A DNA stretch of 64,000 nucleotides, taken from Epiperipatus broadwayi (Eukaryota > Animalia > Onychophora). The stretch's first letter is position 1. Each line of letters begins with the position of its first letter. Positions 1-11,889 of the stretch are shown piece by piece. Made by a program: the position numbers and the translations under genes. The stretch is taken from contig JAQFVV010000008.1 of assembly GCA_028023455.1 (NCBI GenBank), positions 6,696,001 through 6,760,000 on the forward strand, given 5' to 3'. The notes under the pieces are model-generated. The model ran no database searches, was not told the origin of the DNA, and saw only the letters and a list, made by a program, of their open reading frames with translations.

Positions 1-898
1 AGCATTAAAGTCTCCCATAACAATTTTAAAATGTTGTTTACTCTGATCAAAAGCCTTTTGTGCATCCATATAAAAATCTTCTACTATTTCATCACTTTGA
101 GAACTTGTTGGGGCATAAATCTGAATTATCTGCATTTGGTATCTGCTATTAAGTTGTATAACTAATCTTGCCACTCTGTCCAATCCACCATCAGTCTCCA
201 CAATGTTGTCCTTCCACTTTTTATTTATAATGAATCCTACTCCACTTGTATTTCCAATATTTGTGCCTTTATAGTAGAGTACATGTTCACTATTTAAAAC
301 AATTGTTTCTTCATCTTTTCTTCTAACTTCACAAAGTCCAATAATGTCCCATTTAATATAAGACAGTTTTTCTTATAACTCTTGCAATCTTCCTTCACTT
401 GAAAGTGATCTGCAGTTGTATGTAATACCTAAATAAAAAAATTCATCATCAAGTGGCAGCCTGGGTCCACAATCAGGGGATTCTTAGCACCTTCGGCCAC
501 CAACTGCTGCCTTGGTTGCTAACTTTACAGTCTCCTGGGAATAAGGGCCGTGATTTATTTTTGTCTGCCATAATTGTATATATATATTGGAAAAATATTT
601 ATCATTTACACATGCATTCATTCTGCTTTATCAGGCAACTGAGAAGAAAGTCCATGGTGTTTCTTGATCTTAAACTCAGAGGTAAAAATCCAATAACCTC
701 GTCATGCTGGCTAATGCATGTTGGTGAGCAGCCCATCCATGTTTATATACTATATGAATAATCACATAGTAATAACAGCTGCAATGACAAGAACATATGG
801 AGTGGACATTAAGAATTTGCCCTGCTCAGTTCCTTTAAGGCCTCCAAAAGAAATCAAAGGGTTTCCTTTCAATTAATAGCAAACTCCTTTCTGCAGCC
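1..898 (-). mobile_element. 5' part of a degenerate RTE-clade LINE (5' UTR plus start of APE endonuclease), mirror copy in the left palindrome arm
   Basis: Reverse complement of 4908-5805. Confidence 0.92.
736..898 (-). ncRNA. HDV-like ribozyme fold (mirror copy of 4908-5070)
   Basis: Same P1/P2/P3/L3/P4 elements as 4908-5070, on the minus strand. Confidence 0.7.
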
Positions 899-2559
899 AA
901 AACAAGATAAAATGAATTATTCTTATACTGCACTTTTAGGACCCAAAGTAAATAATCTATGTATATATAAAAAAAATTGATAGAATTTTTTAGTTGGATA
1001 AGTACAAAATACATTAGAACCAAGGAACTTTAAAGATAAATGCTACTTTATAGTTAATACTCATTGATAATTTGGAATTAAGCTAAATGGCATTTCTATC
1101 AGATCTATGAAAATTTTTGTAAAGTTGAACTGAATCTCAGAAAAGCAAAATTACAGTCTTAAGTTAAGACCAAAAATAGAATGTCATTTTTATTATATGT
1201 CTAGCAAAAAAAAAAAGAATTATAAAGGTTCTCAATAATATCTGGACATATTCTATAGGCATAGTGGGTAAATGTACACAAAGTTATTGTAGATGATTGC
1301 AATAAGAATTGAATATTAAATGTGTAATGAAGCCACTGATGGTATGGAAGAAATAGGTTGGATATCTAGCTTCAATAAAACTTAAAAGATATAAGATTTT
1401 TTAAAGAGAATTTTCAAAGTTGATTAATAACCAGAAAAAATCTGTAATTCATCATGAATAAGTATATCATATAAACAGTTGTTGCAAGTATGAAAATCTA
1501 CTTAAGTAATTAGGGATGGCAATAAATTTGTAACCTCCTGAGTGTAGAAAATTTCTTGCATTAAATCAAATCTTAATGATTAATCAAAGTAAACTATAGT
1601 TTATTAGTTGATATTGTGAAATTAGTAAATATTTAAGTGTCCCTGTTGGGTGATATATATTAAAATTTGTCTATTTAGAAATTCATTTATAGATTCATTA
1701 AACCACCTAACTACTCTGAAATATTATATTAGAAAATCTGTAGAGATTCTAACCAGTAAATAAATTCAAGTATATTTATTAACTCCTTTAAGTTTGCCAC
1801 TATTTTCTGTTTGAACACAACCCCATATGTTAATAATTGTTGAAATGCACCGAAAAATGCTATAATATATCATAATGACAATTCTAGAGATATCATTCAG
1901 GTATAATTTTAAGTCATTACGAATCCTTTATGAACCTTTATTTTACTAATGGTTATTAGATTTTGTTATAATCGTAATCTAAGATTGATCATATAATATC
2001 AGAGAGAGAAAAAAGAATGGACTTTACTTATGTAGACTGCTGCAAGTGATGAAGAGAGAAATAGGCAATCAAGTAATGAGGCTGAGAAATTGTCAACAAT
2101 ACAATCAGTAAGAACTGTTTAGTACTGAGAAGTGGAATAAAAATGATAGTTTGCATAAATGTTGCATGGAAAATGCATGTAATCATTTAGAGTTTATTAC
2201 ATTGTGAAATTAAAAAATAAATATAATGACATCTTTGGTTTAATGATGTATTATGAAAATGTCAGGAAAGTAGTATTAATATTTGAATACATGTATAATT
2301 ATAACAAAGCCTATAATTCTTAAAGATAAATCAGACCAGAGACATTTTTCAAATTAAACAATGGCCATTGCTGGTCTGTCATTCATCTATTTTTTTGAAT
2401 AAGCCAAAATATGACCATGTTTCAGAATTGTACATTATTGAAAAGCAAATGAATTAAAACAGAAAAAAATTAGTTTGTGAACTTTTAATTGTGGATTAAT
2501 ATCTTTAATATTCATTATGGTTACCACAAGCAAGGCTGAATCCATAAGTAAAAAGTTAA

Positions 2560-2760
2560 GATCTAGGTTTTATTGTCACAATAGGTTAATTGAGTAATAT
2601 GGTTAGATGATTTAGTGAAGATATAGTGGAGATATCAGGATCATTGTAGAAGTTAGAATTTAGGAAATAATTTTGTCTTTAAGAAGAATGCAGTCTTGAT
2701 ATTATATGTCAACCATTTACTTTCACTCCTTTAGCTTCCCATTGTAATCCCCAAAATTAC
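2560..2760. mobile_element. Small, very degenerate RTE fragments inside the palindrome arm (mirrored at about 3160-3360)
   Basis: 2598-2680 (+) reads WLDDLVKI*WRYQDHCRS*NLGNNFV, resembling the RTE C-terminus. 2710-2760 (-) matches the RT segment at 7350-7395 (GLQWEAKGVKVNG vs GLKWEAEGVKVND). Confidence 0.4.
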
Positions 2761-4907
2761 ATATGGCCAATACATACATACACTAAGAGATATACACACA
2801 TAGTTCAACTGTTAAATAAAAATTATATGGACAATATAATGGACTTATTCGACATTTGAAAAATTATAACATTTAACCCTGCCACACACACACTTTTCAA
2901 GCAAGCCGTAAGATATGCAATTGTAAAATAACTATTTTAATGAAAATGAAGACAATTTCATTTTTCCATTAAAATTGTCTTCATTTTTATTAAAATAGTT
3001 ATTTTACAATTGCATATCTTACGGCTTGTTTGAAAAGTGTGGGGGGGTAAATATTATAATTTTTCAAATGTCAAATAAGTCCATTATGTTTTCCATATAA
3101 TTTTTATTTAACAGTTGAACTATGTGTGTATATCTTTTAGTGTATGTATGTATTGGCCATATGTAATTTTGGGGATTACAATGGGAAGCTAAAGGAGTGA
3201 AAGTAAATGGTTGACATATAATATCAAGACTGCATTCTTCTTAAAGACAAAATTATTTCCTAAATTCTAACTTCTACAATGATCCTGATATCTCCACTAT
3301 ATCTTCACTAAATCATCTAACCATATTACTCAATTAACCTATTGTGACAATAAAACCTAGATCTTAACTTTTTACTTATGGATTCAGCCTTGCTTGTGGT
3401 AACCATAATGAATATTAAAGATATTAATCCACAATTAAAAGTTCACAAACTAATTTTTATCTGTTTTAATTCATTTGCTTTTCAATAATGTACAATTCTG
3501 AAACATGGTCATATTTTGGCTTATTCAAAAAAATAGATGAATGACAGACCAGCAATGGGCATTGTTTAATTTGAAAAATGTCTCTGGTCTGATATATCTT
3601 TAAGAATTATTGGCTTTGTTATAATTATACATGTATTCAAATATTAATACTACTTTCCTGACATTTTCATAATACATCATTAAACCAAAGATGTCATTAT
3701 ATTTATTTTTTAATTTCACAATATAATAAACTCTAAATGATTACATGCATTTTCCATGCAACATTTATGCAAACTATCACTTTTATTCCACTTCTCAGTA
3801 CTAAACAGTTCTTACTGATTGTATTGTTGACAATTTCTCAGCCTCATTACTTGATCGCCTATTTCTCTCTTCATCACTTGCAGCAGTCTACATAAGTAAA
3901 GTCCATTCTTTTTTTTCTCTCTGATATTATATGATCAATCTTAGATTACGATTATAACAAAATCTAATAACCATTAGTAAAATAAAGGTTCATAAAGGAT
4001 TCGTAATGACTTAAAATTATACCTGAATGATATCTTTAGAATTGTCATTATTATATATTATAGCATTTTTCGGTGCATTTCAACAATTATTAACATATGG
4101 GGTTGTGTTCAAATAGAAAATAGTGGCAAACTTAAAGGAGTTAATAAATATACTTGAATTTATTTACTGGTTAGAATCTCTACAGATTTTCTAATATAAT
4201 ATTTCAGAGTAGTTAGGTGGTTTAATGAATCTATAAATGAATTTCACAATATCAACTAATAAACTATAGTTTACTTTGATTAATCATTAAGATTTGATTT
4301 AATGCAAGAAATTTTCTACACTCAGGAGGTTACAAATTTATTGCCATCCTTAATTACTTAAGTAGATTTTCATACTTGCAACAACTGTTTATAGGATATA
4401 CTTATTCATGATGAATTACAGATTTTTTCTTGAAGCTAGATATCCCAACCTATTTCTTCCATACCATCAGTGGCTTCATTACACATTTAATATTCAATTC
4501 TTATTGCAATCATCTACAATAACTTTGTGTACATTTACCCACTATGCCTATAGAATATGTCCAGATATTATTGAGAACCTTTATAATTCTTTTTTTTTTG
4601 CTAGACATATAATAAAAATGACATTCTATTTTTGGTCTTAACTTAAGACTGTAATTTTGCTTTTCTGAGATTCAGTTCAACTTTACAAAAATTTTCATAG
4701 ATCTGATAGAAATGCCATTTAGCTTAATTCCAAATTATCAATCAATATTAACTATAAAGTAGCATTTACCTTTATAGTTCCTTGTTTCTAATGTATTTTG
4801 TACTTATCCAACTAAAAAATTCTATCAATTTTTTTATATATATACATAGATTATTTACTTTGGGTCCTAAAAGTGCAGTATAAGAATAATTCCTTTTATT
4901 TTGTTTT

Positions 4908-5070
4908 GGCTGCAGAAAGGAGTTTGCTATTAATTGAAAGGAAACCCTTTGATTTCTTTTGGAGGCCTTAAAGGAACTGAGCAGGGCAAATTCTTAATGT
5001 CCACTCCATATGTTCTTGTCATTGCAGCTGTTATTACTATGTGATTATTCATATAGTATATAAACATGGA
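4908..5070 (+). ncRNA. HDV/CPEB3-like self-cleaving ribozyme fold at the RTE 5' end (probably inactivated)
   Basis: P1 ggctgca(4908-4914)/tgcagct(5023-5029) with a G.U first pair. P2 tccat(5005-5009)/atgga(5066-5070). P3 atg/cat. L3 ttcttgt. GT after P1'. P4 hairpin 5032-5060. J4/2 taaac (caaac in the second copy). Confidence 0.72.
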
Positions 5071-7686
5071 TGGGCTGCTCACCAACATGCATTAGCCAGC
5101 ATGACGAGGTTATTGGATTTTTACCTCTGAGTTTAAGATCAAGAAACACCATGGACTTTCTTCTCAGTTGCCTGATAAGGCAGAATGAATGCATGTGTAA
5201 ATGATAAATATTTTTCCAATATATATATACAATTATGGCAGACAAAAATAAATCATGGCCCTTATTCCCAGGAGACTGTAAAGTCAGCAACCAAGGCAGC
5301 AGTTGGTGGCCGAAGGTGCTAAGAATCCCCTGATTGTGGACCCAGGCTGCCATTTGATGATGAATTTTTTTATTTAGGTATTACTTACAACTGCAGATCA
5401 CTTTCAAGTGAAGGAAGATTGCAAGAGTTAGAAGAAAAACTGTCTTATATTAAATGGGACATTATTGGACTTTGTGAAGTTAGAAGAAAAGGTGAAGAAA
5501 CAATTGTTTTAAATAGTGAACATGTACTCTACTATAAAGGCACAAATATTGGAAATACAAGTGGAGTAGGATTCATTATAAATAAAAAGTGGAAGAACAA
5601 CATTGTGGAGACTGATGGTGGATTGGACAGAGTGGCAAGATTAGTTATACAACTTAATAGCAGATACCAAATGCAGATAATTCAGATTTATGCCCCAACA
5701 AGTTCTCAAAGTGATGAAATAGTAGAAGATTTTTATATGGATGCACAAAAGGCTTTTGATCAGAGTAAACAACATTTTAAAATTGTTATGGGAGACTTTA
5801 ATGCTAGAATTGGTAAATAAATGAAAGATGAAAGTGCTGTAGGTAATTTTGGTTATGGTAATAGAAATGAGAGAGGACATAGACTTGTGGAGTTTGCTGA
5901 AAAAGGAAAACTTTATATGATGAATTATTATTTTGAGAAAAATGTTAAAAGGAAATGGACATGGAAGCATCCAAATGAAGGTACAGCAGAATTGGATTAT
6001 ATTTTGACTAACAGAAATTACATATTTCAAGATTGTAATGTTCTTAATAAATTTAACAGAGGAAGTGGCCATCGATTAGTAAGATGTGAAATACATGTTA
6101 ATGCAAAACTAGAGAGACAAAAATTATTAAGAAAAACAATATTTACAGTTGATATTCCTAATTTTCAGAAACATTCTAATGAATTTAAATTAGAACTTAC
6201 AAATAGGTTTCAAGAATTAGTAGATTTTGAACATGATTCACATTTGAATGAAATTAATATGAAAACAACTGATACACTTTTAAACACTGCAACAAAAATA
6301 GCTGGTTGAAAAAAGCAGCACTTGACCAATAACATTTCTACTGAGACTAGTGAATTTCTGAAGAAAAGAATGAATATGAAGATATACAAAAATGATGTGT
6401 TAAAAAGAATTGAATATCTCGAATTTTGTAAAATGATGTGGAAAAGAATTGAAAATGATATAAGAAAGTATAACTGTGAACTAGCAAGGAAAGCAGTAGA
6501 AGAGAATGAAAGTCTCAAGAGTGTAAAACAACATTTTTGTATTGGTAGGAAATTTATATCTGCAATAAGAAAAAAAGCTAGAATTATTACTAAAAAGAGA
6601 GATGACATCATGAAATGGATAGAAGACTTTTATCAAGAATTATATAGTAATAAAGAACAAATACCTCCTATATCTATTACATCTTTTGAATTGCCCATAA
6701 TTTTAAATGAAGAAGTGAGACATACAATTAAATATATGAAGAAAGAAAAGGCTCCAGGTAATGGTAGAATTATAATTGATATATTAAAAGAAGCAGGTGA
6801 AAAATATATATATATATTTTTAGCAATGTTATATACCAAATGTCTAAATGATAAAGATGTGCCAGATGATTGGAAAAATGCAGTATTAATATTAATATTT
6901 TAAAAAGGTGATAAAGAAGATATTAGAAATTACAGACCTATCAGCCGTTTATCAGTTACATACAAAATTTTTACCAAGATAATTACAACTCGTCTGCAGA
7001 GAACATTGGATTTCCACCAACCAAGAGAACAAACTGGATTTAAAAGTGGTTTTAGTACAGGATATCATATCCAGGGATTGAGAAAAGTTATAGAAAGGAC
7101 AAATGAATATCAGTTGCCATTATGTTTTGGATTTCTAGATTATGAAAAGGCATTTGAATGTAAACTTTTCTTCAGTGATTAAACCATTGGATCATCAAGG
7201 TATATTGTCATATTTTAAAGAATATTTATAAAAATGGAACAGCAACAATTAGATTATATAATGATACAGTAAAAGTCAACATTGAGGAGAGTGTAAGACA
7301 GGGTGACTCCATATCTCCAAAACGTTTTACAGCAGTGCTGCAAGAAGTATTTTGTGGATTAAAATGGGAAGCTGAAGGAGTGAAAGTAAATGATTATTTA
7401 AGTCATTAAAATTTTTCAGATGATGTAGTTGTTTTTGCTAATAATGCAGATGAAATTAATCATAGAATTAAACTTGGTTGGAGTGCTTTTAGTAGAAATA
7501 ACTTGATACTAAAAGGAAATATGCCTATGTGTTTGTAAAGAAAGATTTTTAATAAATGTGTTTTACCTGTTCTTACTTATGGATCTGAGACTTGGATACT
7601 TAATAGAAGAGCAATACAGACTTCAGACCACTCAAAGAAGTATGGAGAGATGTATATTGGGAGTAACAAGAAGAGATCGAAAACGC
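4908..7686 (+). mobile_element. Degenerate RTE-clade non-LTR retrotransposon (APE + RT), 3'-truncated at about 7686
   Basis: APE start TYNCRSLSSEGRLQELEEKLSYIKWDIIGLCEVRRKGEE and MGDFNARIG. RT motifs [49 protein letters not shown] and LPVLTYGSETW...RRDRKRN. Many stops and frameshifts. The 5' UTR is homologous to 51754-52390. Confidence 0.95.
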
Positions 7687-8511
7687 AATATTGTTTTCTC
7701 TCCAGTAATTTAAAAATATTTATTGTGTAAGAGATCTTCGAATTATTGTTCGCGCACGTAACAAAACGCAAATTTATCTTTTTAAAATAACACGTTTGCG
7801 AAATAAAAGATCTATAAACAGAACTGTAATTTGTATTACTTTAGAAGTTGCTTGAAATATTATTTTAAAGTATAAAAAAAAAAGTTTTACAAACAATTAC
7901 TTTTCAAACTAACGATTTTTAGCAGTTTTGAAAGATTGAAGTAAAACGGAAGTGGTAAAATTACTTTTTAAAAAAAATAAAAAACATTTTTACAGAGAAA
8001 AAAAAGATCGATTTTTAAAATAAAATAATTTAAAAATATATAGATTTATCAGAGAGTGAAACTCAATGTAATCAGACCACGCAAAGAAGTATGGAGAGAT
8101 GTATATTGGGAGTAACAAGAAGAGATCGAAAACGCAATATTGTTTTCTCTCCAGTAATTTAAAAATATTTATTGTGTAAGAGATCTTCGAATTATTGTTC
8201 ACGCACGTAACAAAACGCAAATTTATCTTTTTAAAATAACACGTTTGCGAAATAAAAGATCTATAAACAGAAATGTAATTTGTATTACTTTAGAAGTTGC
8301 TTGAAATATTATTTTAAAGTATAAAAAAAAAAGTTTTACAAACAATTACTTTTCAAACTAACGATTTTTAGCAGTTTTGAAAGATTGAAGTAAAACGGAA
8401 GTGGTAAAATAAAAAAATAAAAAACATTTTTACAGAAAAAAAAAAGATCGATTTTTAAAATAAAATAATTTAAAAATATATAGATTTATCAGAGAGTGAA
8501 ACTCAATGTAA
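7623..8511. repeat. Near-identical tandem duplication (units 7623-8071 and 8072-8511)
   Basis: Both units start tcagaccac and end aaactcaatgtaa. Each contains the last ~63 bp of the RTE plus ~385 bp of unrelated sequence. The second unit has a short deletion. Confidence 0.95.
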
Positions 8512-8683
8512 GAATATTAAATTTTAAAGCAGATTTAAATAGTTATGGTTTTCTATATTATTCACACCTTCACATTACTCGCTATGTTTGTGTTAAGAAC
8601 GTGGATGTAAACCGGAACTAGCAAGCGAGTGTAAATATCGCTTCTAAACAGTGCCGTTTTTCCCGCGCATAGCGTGGAGAAAC

Positions 8684-8928
8684 AGCGCCACCTAGTGGGC
8701 TAGATTGCTGGGTGATTGCTGTTTAGCAGATGATGTAAGCTGGATCGGTTTACCTATGGCTAACAGCGCCACCAAGCGGGCAATAGTGCTGGCAGCTACT
8801 TGGCATAAGGTTACTGTTCGTCCGCATGGTGAACAGCGCCATCTAGCGGCTGGAACTTTGCGTAGTCTGCTTTTGGGCTCCTACTCTGGATATTTCTGTG
8901 GTTGACACGGAAATAGTGCCTCTGGTGG
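8684..8928 (-). promoter_or_regulatory. Array of four same-orientation CTCF-like motifs in a CpG-rich patch
   Basis: Reverse complements read CCACTAGGTGGCGCT (8684-8698), CCGCTTGGTGGCGCT (8765-8779), CCGCTAGATGGCGCT (8835-8849) and CCACCAGAGGCACT (8915-8928). Start-to-start spacing is 81, 70 and 80 bp. Confidence 0.65.
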
Positions 8929-11052
8929 CCACATGGGGTGTAAGTTACAACTACCCTTATTTTATCTTGAGGACCTCAGTAACGGTATTTCCGATACTGT
9001 AATGTTTACAAAAGGAATTCATTTATTTGAAGGCGTAATCTAGCTACCTAAAATTCTCGAGTAAGTATTTCTAATGCATGCCTTGGGGAATTTATACCTT
9101 TGCAATGCAGGACTCTAAAGTAAGATTTAAGAGTAGCAGCAGACATATATTTATTTAATTAAAATATTTATTTATCACTAAGGGCAAACCTTTATTTGAG
9201 AGTGGCTTATGAAGATAATGCTGAGGCGGAGTGATATATAGAATAATAAAATTAAGTAAAGGAACACGTACGCTTTAGAAAGGCGATATAAAATGGCAGT
9301 ATATCGAAACTGCAATGCCACGAATGGGTTTATAAGTATGTCGGGCTGGTCTCTGCCATCGGCCCGACAAAGTAAGGTGTCACATAAGCATAACCAGGGA
9401 CAAGCGGTCCATGTCGCAGTTTGCCTGCTGGCTGCGTGACTTCGTCAAGTCCTACGGGAGCACCCATTATGCCCACTTGTGTAGGACGACGGGTTAATTT
9501 CAACCCTGAAGAATCCGGAAATTTCACGGTGGAATGGGTCATCGCGTCTCTAAAACGTAACACATGTATACTGTATAAACGATTATGATGAGATTTAAAT
9601 AGATTTCTGACTCGGCCCTACATTATCAACATTTACTAAAGAACGTTGGCGACTCTCAAAGAAATGTAATTTGATGGAATTATTCATTAAGATTTAATAT
9701 ATACAAAACATATCTAAACTGGGAATGATTACAACTAATATGCCAGCCATTTGCTTAGTTGTAGACCCCTGCATTACAATAAATGAAGCATTGAATGCGT
9801 GTCGGTTTATATGAAAATTAAATTATTTATGAAAGTAATGTTAATGAAATCTGACACGCATTCACTATTTCAAGCGATCATAGATTTAAACTTTGAACAT
9901 TGAGACAATTATTAGCATGCAATAATTAAATAAAATGTAGATTTTAGAAATCCCCACCCAAGAAAGATAGAGTGAGGTAAGCTAGATTATTAGAGAAATT
10001 TACACATTAAATTAATTATTCAATTTTAATTATACAAATGATAGTTTTTTTACATTTTATAATTTAGATAAGTATTATGAAGAAGAGCTATAGCATATTA
10101 TTAGAGTACTCTAGAGTTTGAACACAGACAGGTACCTGTTTTATAAGAAGTTTTCTGATTCCATTAGTTTAGCAGCAAAAAGTTCACGAATGGCAATTCT
10201 TTCTTGTATTTAGATATTTCATTTACTTTCGCAGCAGCAGCTTTCTCATTTATTTCAGGCAGCAGATCTTCATGGTGAATTTATGATGGGCAATGGAAAG
10301 TTTGGCATCCGATAGGCCATCTCCCGATGGAGAATAATCTAGGTGCTTTTACTCGGTCATACCTTGGCAGGAACAATTTATTTTTATATTTTGGAGACTC
10401 TCAGTGATCGAGAGCAAAGCTAAAGTTTAAGTGAATGTCTCCAGCAAGTCTACGATGGCCTCTTTTTTTATCTTGATCTGTCACATTTTTGTTAAGGTAT
10501 TTTTAGGTTCTACTTAATCTGCCCTGAGGATAATCAATGCATTTTGTTTGTTTTAATTTAAAAAAACTGCCGTTCTATTGTTTACATTTTACATTTACTA
10601 ATTACATTTTGGGGAATTTTTCTTTAATTAATTTATTATCTATCACTGACCGATGCTTTTAAATTTCAATGACAAAAAGGGAACATAAGATTATTTTAAC
10701 TTTTAATTAAATATTACATCAGATTTTTTTAGAATTATTATTAAATGAAATTTAAACAAAGCAATAAATACGAACTCTATAATCCAAAATAAATGATTAA
10801 AATTATACAAAATTATATAACTAAAAGAAATCTAAATTATATTATTTTATCCCTATTTATTGCCTTTAATTTGAGATCGAAATGTGTGCGTGTTTATGCT
10901 GAATTCTACATATATTTATACATTTTTAATATTGCTACACACACAATTCGATACCAAAAAGTTTAAATTTGGGCGGGATAGACCGGTCAGTGAGAGATGA
11001 CAGAAAAAGGTGAAACTTAAGATTCGAATACGAATCTTACTGTTTCAATAAC

Positions 11053-11611
11053 AACTACTCAACATGCAGAACAAAATGAATAGCCAAATAATAATTAGTC
11101 CGAATTCCTAGGGTTATTTATATGCACTCTTATCTCCGACATCATCTTTAATTAGAAGTTTTTGCCCAGGGAAAATCTTTATCTCAGACTTAATCTTAAT
11201 TAAAAATCTGACCACGATTCCTAACTTATCCAAAATTAATTAAAGAAAAGTAAATGCAAATTTATGTCTCAGCTTTCTTTTTACAAATAATTTAAAATTA
11301 GTTTACAAACGAAGAAACAAGAATACAATTAAAAACTTTCCAAAATTAAAAGCTTTCTCAAAAGATTAAAACTTTTCAAATTGGAATGTTTTTATAATTT
11401 GATTAAAAAAAAAAAAGTTTCAAAAGAAAACCATTTTTAAACTAAAAAGTAAAATCTATCGAAAACAAAATTAAAATCACAGAATTTTAAAATATAGCTG
11501 TGTATGTGCACTATAACATATAAGGCTTTCAAATAGCTTTCTTTGAAAACTTTATTAAAACAAGAGTTAGTTTTAATTTTTTGATGAAACTTTTGAAGCG
11601 GATAAAGCATC
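11053..11611. repeat. ~550-bp direct repeat, copy 1 (copy 2 at 14537-15065)
   Basis: Colinear from aactactcaacatgcagaa to gataaagcatc, with scattered substitutions and small indels. Confidence 0.93.
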
Positions 11612-11889
11612 CAGTTCAAGTGCTCCATGACGCCTGAAAAAAAACATTTTGCTATTTTTTTTTTTTAAATCTTTAAGCATTTAAAAACTCCTCAGAAACC
11701 CAGTTGAACGTTTGCCCTGCGCTGTCTAAAAACATTTTATTTTATTAACTCCCCGTTCTCATAATCCTATAAACAAATATTTTTCTTTAAAAAAAAATAT
11801 CCGTCCAATTACTAGAAAGCTAAACCCCTTAATCCTTGTCAGGCAGTTCTTTTTCTCTTTTAACTAGTTTTCTGAAATGGGTTACTTTC

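Larger units (their letters stand above)
1..5805. repeat. Large inverted duplication (palindrome): left arm 1-2958, 13-nt spacer 2959-2971, right arm 2972-5805; the left arm runs off the window start
   Basis: Base 1 onward is the reverse complement of 5805 backward (agcattaaagtctccc / gggagactttaatgct). The arms meet at gacaattt-catttttccatta-aaattgtc. They differ by scattered substitutions and by two segments present only in the left arm (1375-1432, 58 bp; about 1624-1683, 60 bp). Confidence 0.97.

Noticed and set aside
453-761. 102-aa ORF, duplicated at 5045-5353 (-)
   Set aside because: It is antisense to the RTE 5' region, and the duplication is simply the palindrome. No recognisable protein.
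5641-6839. Minus-strand ORFs overlapping the RTE (also 52384-53847)
   Set aside because: Antisense shadows of the A-rich retrotransposon coding strand.
9491-9530. CTGAAGA...GAAA hammerhead-like motif
   Set aside because: No stem II between the boxes and no valid NUH site next to stem I.
10140-10500. Possible transposase-like frames on the minus strand (HEDLLPEINEKAAAAKVNEISKYKKE)
   Set aside because: No motif I can assign; too short and disrupted.
11620-11645. tRNA-Lys-like PBS (ctcca-tgacgcctgaa), which would make the 550-bp repeats LTRs
   Set aside because: The second repeat diverges before this point, and there is no PPT, TG...CA pair or TSD.
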